Below are positions 37,576 through 47,585 of a DNA stretch of 64,000 nt, piece after piece (within the stretch, counting starts at the first letter, position 1; each line of letters opens with the position of its first letter). Both the position numbers and the translations under genes were made by a program. The notes beneath the pieces were generated by a model. It made no database searches. It saw only the letters and a program-made list of their open reading frames with translations, and had not been told where the DNA came from. Location: the NCBI GenBank assembly GCA_000146465.1, contig CP001945.1, one strand, 5' to 3'.

Positions 37576-38082
37576 ATGATATATACCGCAGAGATATACG
37601 AAAGAGTTAGGAAGCTCTTAGGAGATTTGTGCATGGTGCAGACCGGGGACAATCCAGTGGCATACAAGGTGTCAAAGTACAAATCAAAGAAGCCTGTGTA
37701 TCTTGTTGAAGGAAATGGAGGAGAAATGTATCTGATGGGGGATCACGTCTTCGAGCTTGAGCGTAGTGGGTTTGATGTAGGGGTTTCAAAGGAGAAAGAG
37801 GTATTGGTTATGCTTTTCAAGTTCAGCACTAGAAGTCTAGAGGGAGGCAGAAGAGTTGCAAGAGAATCTCCAGAGGAAGGGCAATTTATAGAGGTGGATG
37901 TAGGTCCGGTGACATGTGATGGAAGAAGAATGGGAACCCTGATAGCATCAAGTATTCCACAGGGTTTATGTGCATTGTCTAGTGTGCTAAAAAGATTTAT
38001 TCGGATTGATACCAACGGGTATTCAGAAGGAGGATTTGAAAAGTTGCTTGTGAGGGTTCTTAGTTCCAACAGGGTCCTATGA
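37576..38082 (+). CDS. hypothetical protein, 168 aa, divergently paired with SPO11 (48-bp spacer)
   Basis: ATG at 37576, preceded by TCCCTGGG. No recognisable domain. Confidence 0.4.
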   Translation: MIYTAEIYERVRKLLGDLCMVQTGDNPVAYKVSKYKSKKPVYLVEGNGGEMYLMGDHVFELERSGFDVGVSKEKEVLVMLFKFSTRSLEGGRRVARESPEEGQFIEVDVGPVTCDGRRMGTLIASSIPQGLCALSSVLKRFIRIDTNGYSEGGFEKLLVRVLSSNRVL

Positions 38083-38254
38083 ATCTGTTTATTGAAGCTG
38101 TATCCTGTATGGTTGGTTCTTGGAGATTTGCTTATTAGCTGGACCTATTAACTTGCTTGCTCTGGAAAGTGGTTTAATTCAGGCTCCATAGAAAATCAGT
38201 AACCTGAAGCATAAATAATAAATAAGGAATATCAACACGACTAGAGGGAAAATA

Positions 38255-39223
38255 ATGCTTCTACTTCTTACAATTGTTGGAATAGTGGTCTGCAGGGAAA
38301 ATGCAGTGATTCTGATTCTCTGTAGGAACAGCGACAAGAATGGCATAACAGAAACGATAAAGAATTTCGAAGAGGTGTTCAATAGAAACTTCGGATATCC
38401 TTATGTATTTCTGAACGATGAGGAGTTTACCGAGGACTTCAAGAAAGCTATAAAGGATGTTACATCTAATAGTGTTGAGTTTGGAAGACTCGAGCCCGAG
38501 GAGTGGGAGATTCCAAAGTGGATAGATATGGAGAAGGCAAAGGAGGAAATGAAGAAAATGGAAGACAGGAAAATCATCTATGGAGGGTCTCTATCATACA
38601 GGAAGATGTGCAGGTTCTTTTCTGGATTCTTCTACAGGAACAAGCTTGTCCAGAAGTATGACTATTATTGGAGGATAGAGCCAGATGTAAAGTTCCTGTG
38701 CCAGATAGAGTATGATCCGTTCACATATCTTCGGGAGAACAACAAACAGTATGGGTTTGTGATATCCTTGGTTGAGTTTATGGAGACGATTCCCAGTCTG
38801 TTTGGAGAGGTGATAAAGTTTGCAACACATAACCTGAACTTGATCAAAAAGGCCAATGGAAATAGATTCATACTAAACAAGGACGGGTCATACAACGGAT
38901 GTCATTTTTGGTCCAACTTTGAAATAGCAAACTTTGGATTCTTTAGAAATGAAACATACCAGAAGTACTTTGATTGGTTAGACAAGGCTGGGGGGTTTTT
39001 CTACGAAAGATGGGGTGATGCGCCTGTGCACAGTATTGCAGCATCTCTCTTCCTGGATAAGGATCAGATCCACTTCTTCAGCGACATTGGGTATGAGCAT
39101 CCTCCATTCCAGCATTGTCCAAGAGAGGCGTCCATGAGATCGAAATGCAAGTGCAGTATTTCGAACTCGTTAGACTTTTCTCCAAATTCGTGTCTGGGCT
39201 TGTACATAAAGTCTCTTTTGTGA
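38255..39223 (+). CDS. alpha-1,2-mannosyltransferase, KTR/KRE2 family (GT15), type II membrane protein
   Basis: N-terminal signal anchor [92 protein letters not shown] and [17 protein letters not shown] are all hallmark GT15 blocks. Confidence 0.9.
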   Translation: MLLLLTIVGIVVCRENAVILILCRNSDKNGITETIKNFEEVFNRNFGYPYVFLNDEEFTEDFKKAIKDVTSNSVEFGRLEPEEWEIPKWIDMEKAKEEMKKMEDRKIIYGGSLSYRKMCRFFSGFFYRNKLVQKYDYYWRIEPDVKFLCQIEYDPFTYLRENNKQYGFVISLVEFMETIPSLFGEVIKFATHNLNLIKKANGNRFILNKDGSYNGCHFWSNFEIANFGFFRNETYQKYFDWLDKAGGFFYERWGDAPVHSIAASLFLDKDQIHFFSDIGYEHPPFQHCPREASMRSKCKCSISNSLDFSPNSCLGLYIKSLL

Positions 39224-39303
39224 ATGAAGAATGCCTGGAAGTATATTCGATAATAATAAATTGGTACGACGGATATTTTGGTTTATTTTTGACCCGATAC
39301 GAG

Positions 39304-42078
39304 ATGGATTCTGAAAAGGAAGCTTTGAAGGAAAGGAAGAAAATGGAGAAGGAAGAGAAGAAGAGGCAGAAGCTGGAGAAATTCCTGGCAAAGAAAACAC
39401 AAGAAATGAATGTTTCCAAGCCAAGGAAGGAGTACAAGGGAGATGGCTATGACCCGCTAGGGATTGAAGGGAAGTGGTACGAGTTCTGGGAGAACAACGA
39501 GCTTTTCAAGCCTATAGAGGGAAAAGAGAAATATGTAATTCCGATTCCTCCGCCAAATGTCACAGGAAACCTTCATATAGGACATGCAATGATGGTTTCA
39601 ATTCAGGATACTTTGTGTAGATACAAGAGGATGTGCGGGTATGAGGTTTTGTATATTCCTGGGACAGACCATGCAGGAATAGCCACACAGAATGTTGTAT
39701 TGAAGCAATTGGAAAGAGAAGGAGTTGTCTCTGACAGAGAAGGGTTTCTTAAGAAGGCCTGGGAGTGGAAGGATAAGCATGGATCAAGAATATATGAGCA
39801 ATTTAAGAGATTAGGGACGAGTGTAGACTTCAGCAGGGAAAGATTTACCCTAGATCCAGGGATGAACGAAGCTGTTGTTGATGCGTTTGTAAAGCTCTAT
39901 GAAAGAGGCCTTATATATCGAGAGCTGAAAATTGTGAACTGGTGTGCCAAGCTGTCGACAACCATAAGTGACTTGGAGGTTAATCACGAAGAGGTGATGG
40001 CCAGCACAGATCTACAAGTAGATGGAGGAAAGTATGAGTTTGGGGTAATTTATCATTTTAAGTATCCCATGACAATAGATAAGGAATTTTCAGGAGATTA
40101 TCTTTCGCTACCGGCAATTGAAGTGGCAACAACAAGACCGGAAACGATTCTTGGAGACACGGCGATATGTGTGAATGGAAAGGACGAAAGATTTGGAGCC
40201 AGAGGAATAAAGGAGACTTTTGGGGATGTTCCTGAAGGAAGCAAGCTCTATTGTGTAAATCCGTTGACCAGTGAGGTGATTCCTGTTGTCTTTGACGACT
40301 ATGCAGATATGAGCTTTGGAACTGGAGTGGTGAAAATAACACCTGCACATGATGCAAATGACTTCGATGTATCGAGGAGACATGGACTTCCTTGCAAGAT
40401 TGTGTTTGATGAAGAAAACAGGGTAATCATTGAGGGAGAGTTCAAGGGGCTAAAGAGATTTGAGGCAAGAAAAGCTGTTATTTCAAAGCTTACAGACATT
40501 GGCTTGTTTGTTGGAAAGAAGGAGTATCCTCAGGTGATTCCAAGATGTTCCCGATCTAATGACATTATAGAGCCTATTGTCAAGAGTCAATGGTGGATGG
40601 ACTGTAAGGAAATGGCAAATAAGGCTATTGAGGCAGTTAAAGAAGGAAGAATAAGAATACTACCTGAAGGGGCAGAAAGGCGATGGTATAAATGGCTTGA
40701 GAATATCAGGGACTGGTGTCTATCGAGGCAACTGTGGTGGGGGCATCGAATACCTGCATACAGAATGCCTTCTGGAAAATGGTATGTTGGAAGAAGCAAG
40801 GAAGAAGCATTTTTGAAGATGAAGAATGAGTGTCCTGAGGATGGATGTAGTATTGATGAGTTTGAGCAGGACGAGGATGTTCTAGACACATGGTTTTCTT
40901 CGGGCCTATGGCCGTTTGCCATTCTAGGATGGCCCAAAGAGACAGAAGACCTTCAAAAGTACTATCCTAGCACCTTGCTTGAAACAGGCAGCGACATTCT
41001 CTTCTTCTGGGTGGCGAGAATGGTGATGCTTGGAATTGAACTGACCGGAAAAGAGCCTTTCAGCCAAGTGTTTCTCCATGGGATAGTAAGAGATGCACAT
41101 GGAAGGAAGATGAGCAAAAGCCTTGGGAATGTCATTGACCCGATTTTTGTGATTGATGGATGTCCTCTTTCAAAGCTGATTTCGACAATGAGAAGCGGGA
41201 ATCTCGATGAGAGGGAGATGAAGAGGGCAGAAGAAGTCCTACGAAAGGATTTCCCAAACGGAATACCAAGGTGCGGGGCAGATGCTCTTAGATTTACTTT
41301 ACTTTCCTACACCTCTGGAATGAAGGATATCAACCTTGATGTACTGAGGGTGGAAGGATATCGAAGGTTTTGCAACAAAATATGGAATGCTCATAGATTT
41401 GTGAAGGCAGCAGTAGATGAGGCCATTGAAGAAAGCCTTAGAGGGTCCACTTGTAAGAAGAAATACGAGAAGTATATTCTTCCGGCTGATAAGCTACAGA
41501 TTCGTTCTGGAGAAGGACCCGTTGAATGGATTCTTAAAAAAAGGAACGAGTTAATAGAAATAAGCCAGAGAATGATTGATTCATTCAACTTCATGGGAGC
41601 CACACAAGCAATCCATCAGTTTTTTATTTACGATCTGTGTGATGTCTTCATAGAGGTTGTTAAGAAAAACAAGAGCGAAAGATACATAGGGGTACTATTA
41701 AGCGTGTTTATCGATTCGATGAAGATACTCCATCCATTTATGCCATTTATCACAGAAGAGGTGTTTTCTGATTATTTCGATAGTTCTATTTCCACTTCAC
41801 CATATCCTAGGACAGATGGGTCTAACCATGAAAACAAGTTTTCTGGGACACTTCAAATTATAAGGCATGTAAGGGCAAAGGCAGAGTCAAAGGGATGGCC
41901 TAGGGTTGCAGTAGGGATTGCCCCAGGAGAAGATGTTGACCTTGCAGACCTGGAGTTTGTCCGTCTGCTTTGCAAAAAAATTATCGAATTTAAGGTAGTA
42001 GAACATTCAGAAAGCTCAGAAAGCCATCTGTATGAGAAGGTAGGGGATTCTGGAGTATTTGTGAGCCAAGCAGATTGA
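39304..42078 (+). CDS. VAS1: valyl-tRNA synthetase with lysine-rich N-terminal appendage
   Basis: [14 protein letters not shown] (HIGH). KMSKSLGN (KMSKS). Editing and anticodon-binding regions are conserved. The ORF track starts at a TTG at 39115 inside the KTR gene. The ATG at 39304 ([13 protein letters not shown]) is preceded by CCC. Confidence 0.9.
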   Translation: MDSEKEALKERKKMEKEEKKRQKLEKFLAKKTQEMNVSKPRKEYKGDGYDPLGIEGKWYEFWENNELFKPIEGKEKYVIPIPPPNVTGNLHIGHAMMVSIQDTLCRYKRMCGYEVLYIPGTDHAGIATQNVVLKQLEREGVVSDREGFLKKAWEWKDKHGSRIYEQFKRLGTSVDFSRERFTLDPGMNEAVVDAFVKLYERGLIYRELKIVNWCAKLSTTISDLEVNHEEVMASTDLQVDGGKYEFGVIYHFKYPMTIDKEFSGDYLSLPAIEVATTRPETILGDTAICVNGKDERFGARGIKETFGDVPEGSKLYCVNPLTSEVIPVVFDDYADMSFGTGVVKITPAHDANDFDVSRRHGLPCKIVFDEENRVIIEGEFKGLKRFEARKAVISKLTDIGLFVGKKEYPQVIPRCSRSNDIIEPIVKSQWWMDCKEMANKAIEAVKEGRIRILPEGAERRWYKWLENIRDWCLSRQLWWGHRIPAYRMPSGKWYVGRSKEEAFLKMKNECPEDGCSIDEFEQDEDVLDTWFSSGLWPFAILGWPKETEDLQKYYPSTLLETGSDILFFWVARMVMLGIELTGKEPFSQVFLHGIVRDAHGRKMSKSLGNVIDPIFVIDGCPLSKLISTMRSGNLDEREMKRAEEVLRKDFPNGIPRCGADALRFTLLSYTSGMKDINLDVLRVEGYRRFCNKIWNAHRFVKAAVDEAIEESLRGSTCKKKYEKYILPADKLQIRSGEGPVEWILKKRNELIEISQRMIDSFNFMGATQAIHQFFIYDLCDVFIEVVKKNKSERYIGVLLSVFIDSMKILHPFMPFITEEVFSDYFDSSISTSPYPRTDGSNHENKFSGTLQIIRHVRAKAESKGWPRVAVGIAPGEDVDLADLEFVRLLCKKIIEFKVVEHSESSESHLYEKVGDSGVFVSQAD

Positions 42079-42103
42079 CAAGAACATAACTGATTAAAGT
42101 CTT

Positions 42104-42754
42104 TTAATTTAGCTTTTTGGCAGAGTGAGTGGAAACCAAAAAGTCTCTTCCCCTTCGGTAATATTCCTGTACATCACGTGGGCAGCTGAGAACCCACTTG
42201 TCCAGAGACACACGTATTTCCCCAAAGACACTTCGCATTGATGGATTATTGAAGTATTGCTGCCTCACCATGGCAATGAAAGTTGTAAAGGTCACGAGGC
42301 TCGACTTTCTGAGGAATATCATTAGGAAGGAGAGAGGAACAGCAAGAACCTCTGTAAACAATGCTAGTCTCCCCAGGGTGACATGGTATGCCGACAAGGA
42401 GACACAGATGGGATATATAGATGTTCTTTCGAAAGTCTTCTTGTTGGACAGAACAAATGAGCTGAGATGATATATCGACAGAAGGTAAAACGGGAGAAGA
42501 AGAGCCTCATGGGGAAACGTGAAGAACACTGTGATGCAGTAAATGTTTGGCTGTGACAGGATTTCCTTCATGGATGAGAGATGTGGAAGTAAGGAAATTG
42601 AGTATGACGATATCAAGCACAGAATGTTTACGAAGTTTGGCAGTGGATATATAGGAATTCTGATCAGATGAAGCACAATGTATAGTGTGTAGTTTACCGC
42701 AAACAAAGTATTCAGTAACATCCATGTCTTCTTAGTAGAATTTATCTCTAGCAT
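42104..42754 (-). CDS. hypothetical polytopic membrane protein, 216 aa, about 5-6 TM segments
   Basis: Multiple hydrophobic helices (LLNTLFAVNYTLYIVLHLI, ILCLISSYSISLL, ITVFFTF, LLLPFYLLSIYHLSSFVL, LAVPLSFLMIFL). No family recognised. Confidence 0.4.
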   Translation of the reverse strand: MLEINSTKKTWMLLNTLFAVNYTLYIVLHLIRIPIYPLPNFVNILCLISSYSISLLPHLSSMKEILSQPNIYCITVFFTFPHEALLLPFYLLSIYHLSSFVLSNKKTFERTSIYPICVSLSAYHVTLGRLALFTEVLAVPLSFLMIFLRKSSLVTFTTFIAMVRQQYFNNPSMRSVFGEIRVSLDKWVLSCPRDVQEYYRRGRDFLVSTHSAKKLN

Positions 42755-42902
42755 TTTTCTTAGAAGGGCTAAGGGATCAAGTGGTATTTAGAGAACGAAG
42801 TTTGGGGTGTTTCATGTAGTGTGCCAAATAACAAAATGCTGAATAGTGATATTTGAAACGTCCATAAAGACATAAAGGCAGGCGAGAAAGAAAATCTCGG
42901 GA

Positions 42903-43900
42903 ATGATAACTATCAAAGAGGCCTTGAACCAAGCTATAGATGAAGAGATGGAAATGGATAAGAGAGTGTTTGTTCTTGGGGAGGAGGTGGGCATATCTGG
43001 AGGAAACAAAGGAGTCACTAGAGGTCTATACGAGAAGTATGGAAAGTGGAGAGTTCTTGATACACCCATCAGTGAAATGGGATTCACAGGCCTGGGTGTG
43101 GGGCATCCTATCTAGGCCTAAGGCCGATAATTGAGTTTATGACATGGAACTTTGCATTGCAGTCTATTGACCATATAATCAACTCGTGTGCCAAGACACT
43201 GTACATGTCTGGGGGGAAAGTTAGTTGCCCTATTGTATTTAGAGGGCCTAATGGATTCAATCCTGGATATGCAGCTCAACACACACAAGACTTCTGCAGC
43301 TACTATGGTGCAGTCCCCGGTCTTAAGGTTGTCGCTCCCTTCACAGCAAAGGATCATAAAGGATTACTGAAATCGGCGATCCGAGATAACAATCCAGTGG
43401 TATTTTTGGAAAATGAGACGCTTTACGATGATACATATAAGGACATAGAACAGGGATACATGCAATCACTAGATAAAGCTGTGATCGAAGTAGAAGGGTG
43501 CGACGTCACTCTTGTAGGAATTTCACTTTCAGTAAAGACATGTCTGGAGGCTGCTAAGGCACTGAAAGATCTAGGGATTTCTTGTGAAGTTATCAACCTC
43601 GTGTCGATCAAGCCCATAGATAAACAAACATTATTGACCTCTGCCAAGAAGACAAAGCATGTGTTTGTAATTGATTTTGCATGGCCATCGTTCAGTGTTG
43701 CTTCCGAGATTTCTGCAATAATACACGAGAACTGCTTTAAAGATTTGATGGCTTCTGTTCAAAGAATAAACGCAAAAGACATTCCTACTCCCTACTCAGA
43801 GAAAATAGAAGCAATGGCGTTTCCAACATGTACAGATGTCATTGATTCGGTGGTTGAAGTCTATAAAAGCACCTCCAAAGATAATAAATTAGGTCTTTAA
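42903..43900 (+). pseudogene. PDB1: pyruvate dehydrogenase E1 component beta subunit, reading frame broken by a 1-nt loss in the G4 run at 43100-43103 (genuine frameshift or homopolymer sequencing error)
   Basis: Frame 0 (42903-43115) gives [67 protein letters not shown], then HPI and a stop. Frame -1 continues without a break: [51 protein letters not shown]...NPVVFLENE..., through the stop at 43900. Together the two frames reproduce the canonical E1-beta block [25 protein letters not shown] exactly if the run reads GGGGG. There is no N-terminal targeting presequence. Confidence 0.8.
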
Positions 43901-43908
43901 TTTCTACT

Positions 43909-44268
43909 CTAAAGAAGTTCTTCAAACTCAACTAATCCACTGTTTTTATCGTTAACAGCAAATGTGTCGTCATTTATTTCTCCATCCTCCTTCAATATCT
44001 TAATTTCTTTTGGCATATACTTCCTGTCAATATCTGCCCTCTTCTCATCCCCGTCTCTAACACGTAGTAAAACTATGTCGCCTGGAATCATTCGAACACG
44101 TCTGTAGTCTCTTCCACGAACCTTTGCAGTCCTGTAAACTCCGTCAGAACAACTTACCTTAAACTGTCCTTGGCCAAGGGGACATATTATTTGCCCATAC
44201 ACAGTCCCCTCTTCTTCTGCAAATACCAAAGCTCTGTCGTTCGTAAATCTTCCTTTCCTTCCTTTCAT
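43909..44268 (-). CDS. TIF11: translation initiation factor eIF-1A
   Basis: GRKGRFTNDRALVFAEEEGTVYGQIICPLGQGQFKVSCSDGVYRTAKVRGRDYRRVRMIPGDIVLL matches the eIF1A OB-fold (GKNKRRG...[52 protein letters not shown]). Confidence 0.8.
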   Translation of the reverse strand: MKGRKGRFTNDRALVFAEEEGTVYGQIICPLGQGQFKVSCSDGVYRTAKVRGRDYRRVRMIPGDIVLLRVRDGDEKRADIDRKYMPKEIKILKEDGEINDDTFAVNDKNSGLVEFEELL

Positions 44269-44332
44269 CCACCCCTAGATCTCCGCCAATTTTATCACAA
44301 CCAATCTTGTAAAGAAAATTCAAAAGTCAACA

Positions 44333-44917
44333 TTAGGGGCCATGAGTTTTAATTATCCCTTTTGAAGCCATGTATGCAGCTAGGCTCCTACTCGCAATTC
44401 CCCTATGGCTTATCCTGTTTTTCTCGTCAGTTGGCATATTTTTTAGGACACCATTAAATCCATCGGGAATGAAAATATACCCAAATTCTGTTTTGCAATC
44501 TTTCTCTGGCTCTGTGATAGAGCCCTTCAGTTTCCCTGAAAACACCTTCTTGACTATTTCTCCATTTTCATAATGGGCAATTCCCAAGCTACAGACTGCT
44601 GTGGCGCTTTTATTCCCTATCTTCTCTACAATCTCCCAAATCTTCCGGGTGCCTATTTCGAGAAAATCCTTCACATAGACACCGGGAAATCCTCCTAAGG
44701 CTTCAAGAGAAAACGAAGTGTCGTCAACTATCACTGCATCCTTTGGGTTTATAAAGGGCGCCGCTTGATCCAGTTTGTGTTCTACAATCTTTTCTGAAGG
44801 CCCTTGGATTTCGGTCATTGAAATTCTCATGTGATCTATGTCTGTCTTGAGGAACTCTTTAACCTCATTTAGTTTTTTCAAATTGGTTGTTGCAAAATAA
44901 ATTTTCCCCGTGGTCAT
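44333..44917 (-). CDS. HAM1: inosine triphosphate pyrophosphatase (ITPase/HAM1 family)
   Basis: IYFATTNLKKLNEV. VIVDDTSFSLEALGGFPGVYVKDF. FGYIFIP. DEKNRISHRGIA. Confidence 0.85.
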   Translation of the reverse strand: MTTGKIYFATTNLKKLNEVKEFLKTDIDHMRISMTEIQGPSEKIVEHKLDQAAPFINPKDAVIVDDTSFSLEALGGFPGVYVKDFLEIGTRKIWEIVEKIGNKSATAVCSLGIAHYENGEIVKKVFSGKLKGSITEPEKDCKTEFGYIFIPDGFNGVLKNMPTDEKNRISHRGIASRSLAAYMASKGIIKTHGP

Positions 44918-45132
44918 TCCTAAGGGTATCAGTTCGTTAATAATTCACTCCTTCCTGTATTTTTCGATCCCTCATGCCGTTCTTTCAAAAGACAGGTGAA
45001 TGTGAATATGAATTAGCACGGAGTAATTTCACAAGGAGCTATCCGGATAAGCCTAAGTCTATTAAAACAATTGGTAATAATCTATTTATGGAAACAAACT
45101 AATTTTTTAAATCGTAAAATAGTTTGCCCTAA

Positions 45133-46344
45133 ATGAAAGGAGGCTTGAGTGTTACATCGGCAATAGTAACAATGGTAACATCGATGATGGGTACTGGAAT
45201 CAACTACATGCCATATGCATTTAAAAGTGTTGGATACATCAGGGGGATTCTTCTGATAAATGGAGTGGGAATTCTAACGTTTTTCTCTCTATATGCGATC
45301 TCAATTGCAGCAAATAGATCCAAGGAGCAAAACCCAACCTATTCCTCATTATCAACACACATCTCGAAGGCACTTAAGATCTTAGTGGATATGTCTATTT
45401 TCAGTTCGTGTTTTGGAGTGAATATTGTGTTCTACAGATATCTTGCGGAGCTCATCACGATCATGGTTCCAATAGGCAAGTATGTGGATCCAGAAATAGG
45501 GAGAAAGATAGTTATTGGAGCTCTTTCAATTCCATTTCTGCTTCTATCATTACAAAAGAATCTTTCGAACCTCAAAGTGACATCCTATATTACGGTGGCT
45601 TCTGTAAGCTATCTTGCAGTACTGATGGGGATTTACTGTCTTTTTATTGGAGGAAAAAGTGCTGAAGAGCCAATGCAGAGGTTTGGAAGCAACTTTTCAG
45701 GTGGGATTTCCTGCTTTATGTTTGCATTGTCCTGCCAAGCAAATATGGTCAAGACATACACCGAGATGGAGCATAAGTCTCCAAGCAACATAATCAAAGT
45801 CGCAATGGGAGCTTCGTTGATAGGAACTCTTATTTATGGAAGTGTTGGGCTTTGTGGATATGCTGTGTTTGGGGACACCATCAAAGGTTCGATAATTGAT
45901 ATACTGATAAGCCCAGAAAGCAGTATCAACTTATATCTCATGAGAAACACCATCGACAAGTACGCACTATCTTCAAAGATGGCTTGCATCGGGGCGATGC
46001 TGGTTCTGTTTGGGGCATTCCCGGTTCAGATGAACCCGTTGGTTGGAATACCCCTTAGCTACTTCGCTCGGGAAGGGAGCAACGAAGATGCAGTAAGGAG
46101 AAAGGTAGTCTCCGTGCTTATGATTTTATTCTTATCGTTGTCTCTTCTGGAAGATCTTAACATTGACACTATTCTTCAGATGGTAGGCGCCACAGCAGTT
46201 AACCTGGTGTCTTTTACCTATCCCTTCATCTATTACCTATATTTCAGAAGCAAAGTGGACTTCATGTCTGGCTTGGCTTTGTTTGGAATAATTGGTAGTA
46301 TAGCATCTATGATCTACATGTCATACAACATAATGTTATCATAA
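45133..46344 (+). CDS. amino acid transporter (AAAP/SLC38-like, about 10-11 TM)
   Basis: VTMVTSMMGTGINYMPYAFKSVGYIRGILL N-terminal Aa_trans signature. Polytopic throughout. The ATG at 45133 is preceded by GCCC. Confidence 0.65.
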   Translation: MKGGLSVTSAIVTMVTSMMGTGINYMPYAFKSVGYIRGILLINGVGILTFFSLYAISIAANRSKEQNPTYSSLSTHISKALKILVDMSIFSSCFGVNIVFYRYLAELITIMVPIGKYVDPEIGRKIVIGALSIPFLLLSLQKNLSNLKVTSYITVASVSYLAVLMGIYCLFIGGKSAEEPMQRFGSNFSGGISCFMFALSCQANMVKTYTEMEHKSPSNIIKVAMGASLIGTLIYGSVGLCGYAVFGDTIKGSIIDILISPESSINLYLMRNTIDKYALSSKMACIGAMLVLFGAFPVQMNPLVGIPLSYFAREGSNEDAVRRKVVSVLMILFLSLSLLEDLNIDTILQMVGATAVNLVSFTYPFIYYLYFRSKVDFMSGLALFGIIGSIASMIYMSYNIMLS

Positions 46345-46451
46345 TAGTTCTTAGTTGGGAAATCTCTAGGGAAATTTAATTAGTTCAAAAACTCTTTCTA
46401 GAAAGTTGAAGATTTTAATTAAAGCATCTGTTGAGTTCAAATTGTTATGAG

Positions 46452-47501
46452 TTACTCTAGTCTCTTCAACAACTCAAAGACCCTTTCCTGCACATCCTTG
46501 TTACAAAAAAGAGGTGTTCTATGGCACGCATCGTTCATATCAATGCATATCCACCTGTTGATAAATGCAGTAGGATCTCTCTCAAATTCATTTAGCACCC
46601 TCTCTCTTTCTTCACACCTCTTCAGCAGCTGCCTAAGAGATTCAATTTTTCTGTCAAGCGCATGGATTTTTTTGGTATAAAGCGTAGGATATTGGTGTAG
46701 GTCATCCCATTCAAATGGAATATCAAATATCTCGGTGTACTCATCGACCGGGGGGATATCAACTATCAGGTAGTCCAAAGCACACAAATGTGGAGCCACA
46801 AGCCCCGGAAGTTCGGGAAATGAAAATCTGTCCACTCCAAGAATATCTTTCAGTAAGGGATTGCATTCAACTATATCCGAGTCAATAGACATCAATCCGC
46901 TCTTGTTTATGTATCTCCACAAGTGTGTTATCACATTTGGCTTTGTGTCTGTGTATCTCCCCAGGATATTACTCAGCTTTGGAGACAATCTGAAGATTTC
47001 TCTTGGGTTTTCAAGGTCGAACATCAATCTTATGGTCTTCGGGCTTTTATCACTGTTCACCTCAAACGCTTCAGCGTCTCCATTACACTTTGTCCATTCG
47101 AAGAAGTTTTCCATGGACATATTCTTACATTTCATCTGTCCTAGTTGGCCTTCTTGATCCCCAGTCATGTCTTCTTCCATACCCCTATCACTTTCATCCG
47201 ATCCAGAGGAAGGCCCAAAGTGAATATCAGCTGTTGTAGGAATAGAGCTATCAAATATAACACAGAATCTTTTCACAACATCGGAAAACTTCATTTGCCC
47301 TCCATTCTTATAGTCATTGATCACTCTACTATCAAGGCGTATGAATATACCCTTCTTCATAGCAACCTTGACATAACATCGGAGAGACTTCTTGCATTTG
47401 ATTCTTTTGAGATACTCGGCTTCCATATTCAGTTTCTTTTCTAAGCATAACCGGTCAATCTCTGCCTCAATGTTTTGTAACTTGTCGTACAAGACGGTCA
47501 T
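46452..47501 (-). CDS. SWIB-domain protein, SWI/SNF subunit SNF12/BAF60-like
   Basis: SWIB/MDM2 domain FRLSPKLSNILGRYTDTKPNVITHLWRYINKSGLMSIDSDIVECNPLLKDILGVDRFSFPELPGLVAPHL, compared with BAF60 KLSPxLxxxLGxxxxTRPxIIxAxWxYxKxxxLQxxxDxxxxxCDxxLxxxFGxxxxxFxxxxxxIxxHL. Confidence 0.6.
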   Translation of the reverse strand: MTVLYDKLQNIEAEIDRLCLEKKLNMEAEYLKRIKCKKSLRCYVKVAMKKGIFIRLDSRVINDYKNGGQMKFSDVVKRFCVIFDSSIPTTADIHFGPSSGSDESDRGMEEDMTGDQEGQLGQMKCKNMSMENFFEWTKCNGDAEAFEVNSDKSPKTIRLMFDLENPREIFRLSPKLSNILGRYTDTKPNVITHLWRYINKSGLMSIDSDIVECNPLLKDILGVDRFSFPELPGLVAPHLCALDYLIVDIPPVDEYTEIFDIPFEWDDLHQYPTLYTKKIHALDRKIESLRQLLKRCEERERVLNEFERDPTAFINRWICIDMNDACHRTPLFCNKDVQERVFELLKRLE

Positions 47502-47585
47502 TCCTCTCTAACTGGGGTATGTGAAGAAAGTTATTCGAATACATCCAGTACAAAGTAAACATTTACCTAAAGTTTTCTATTACGA

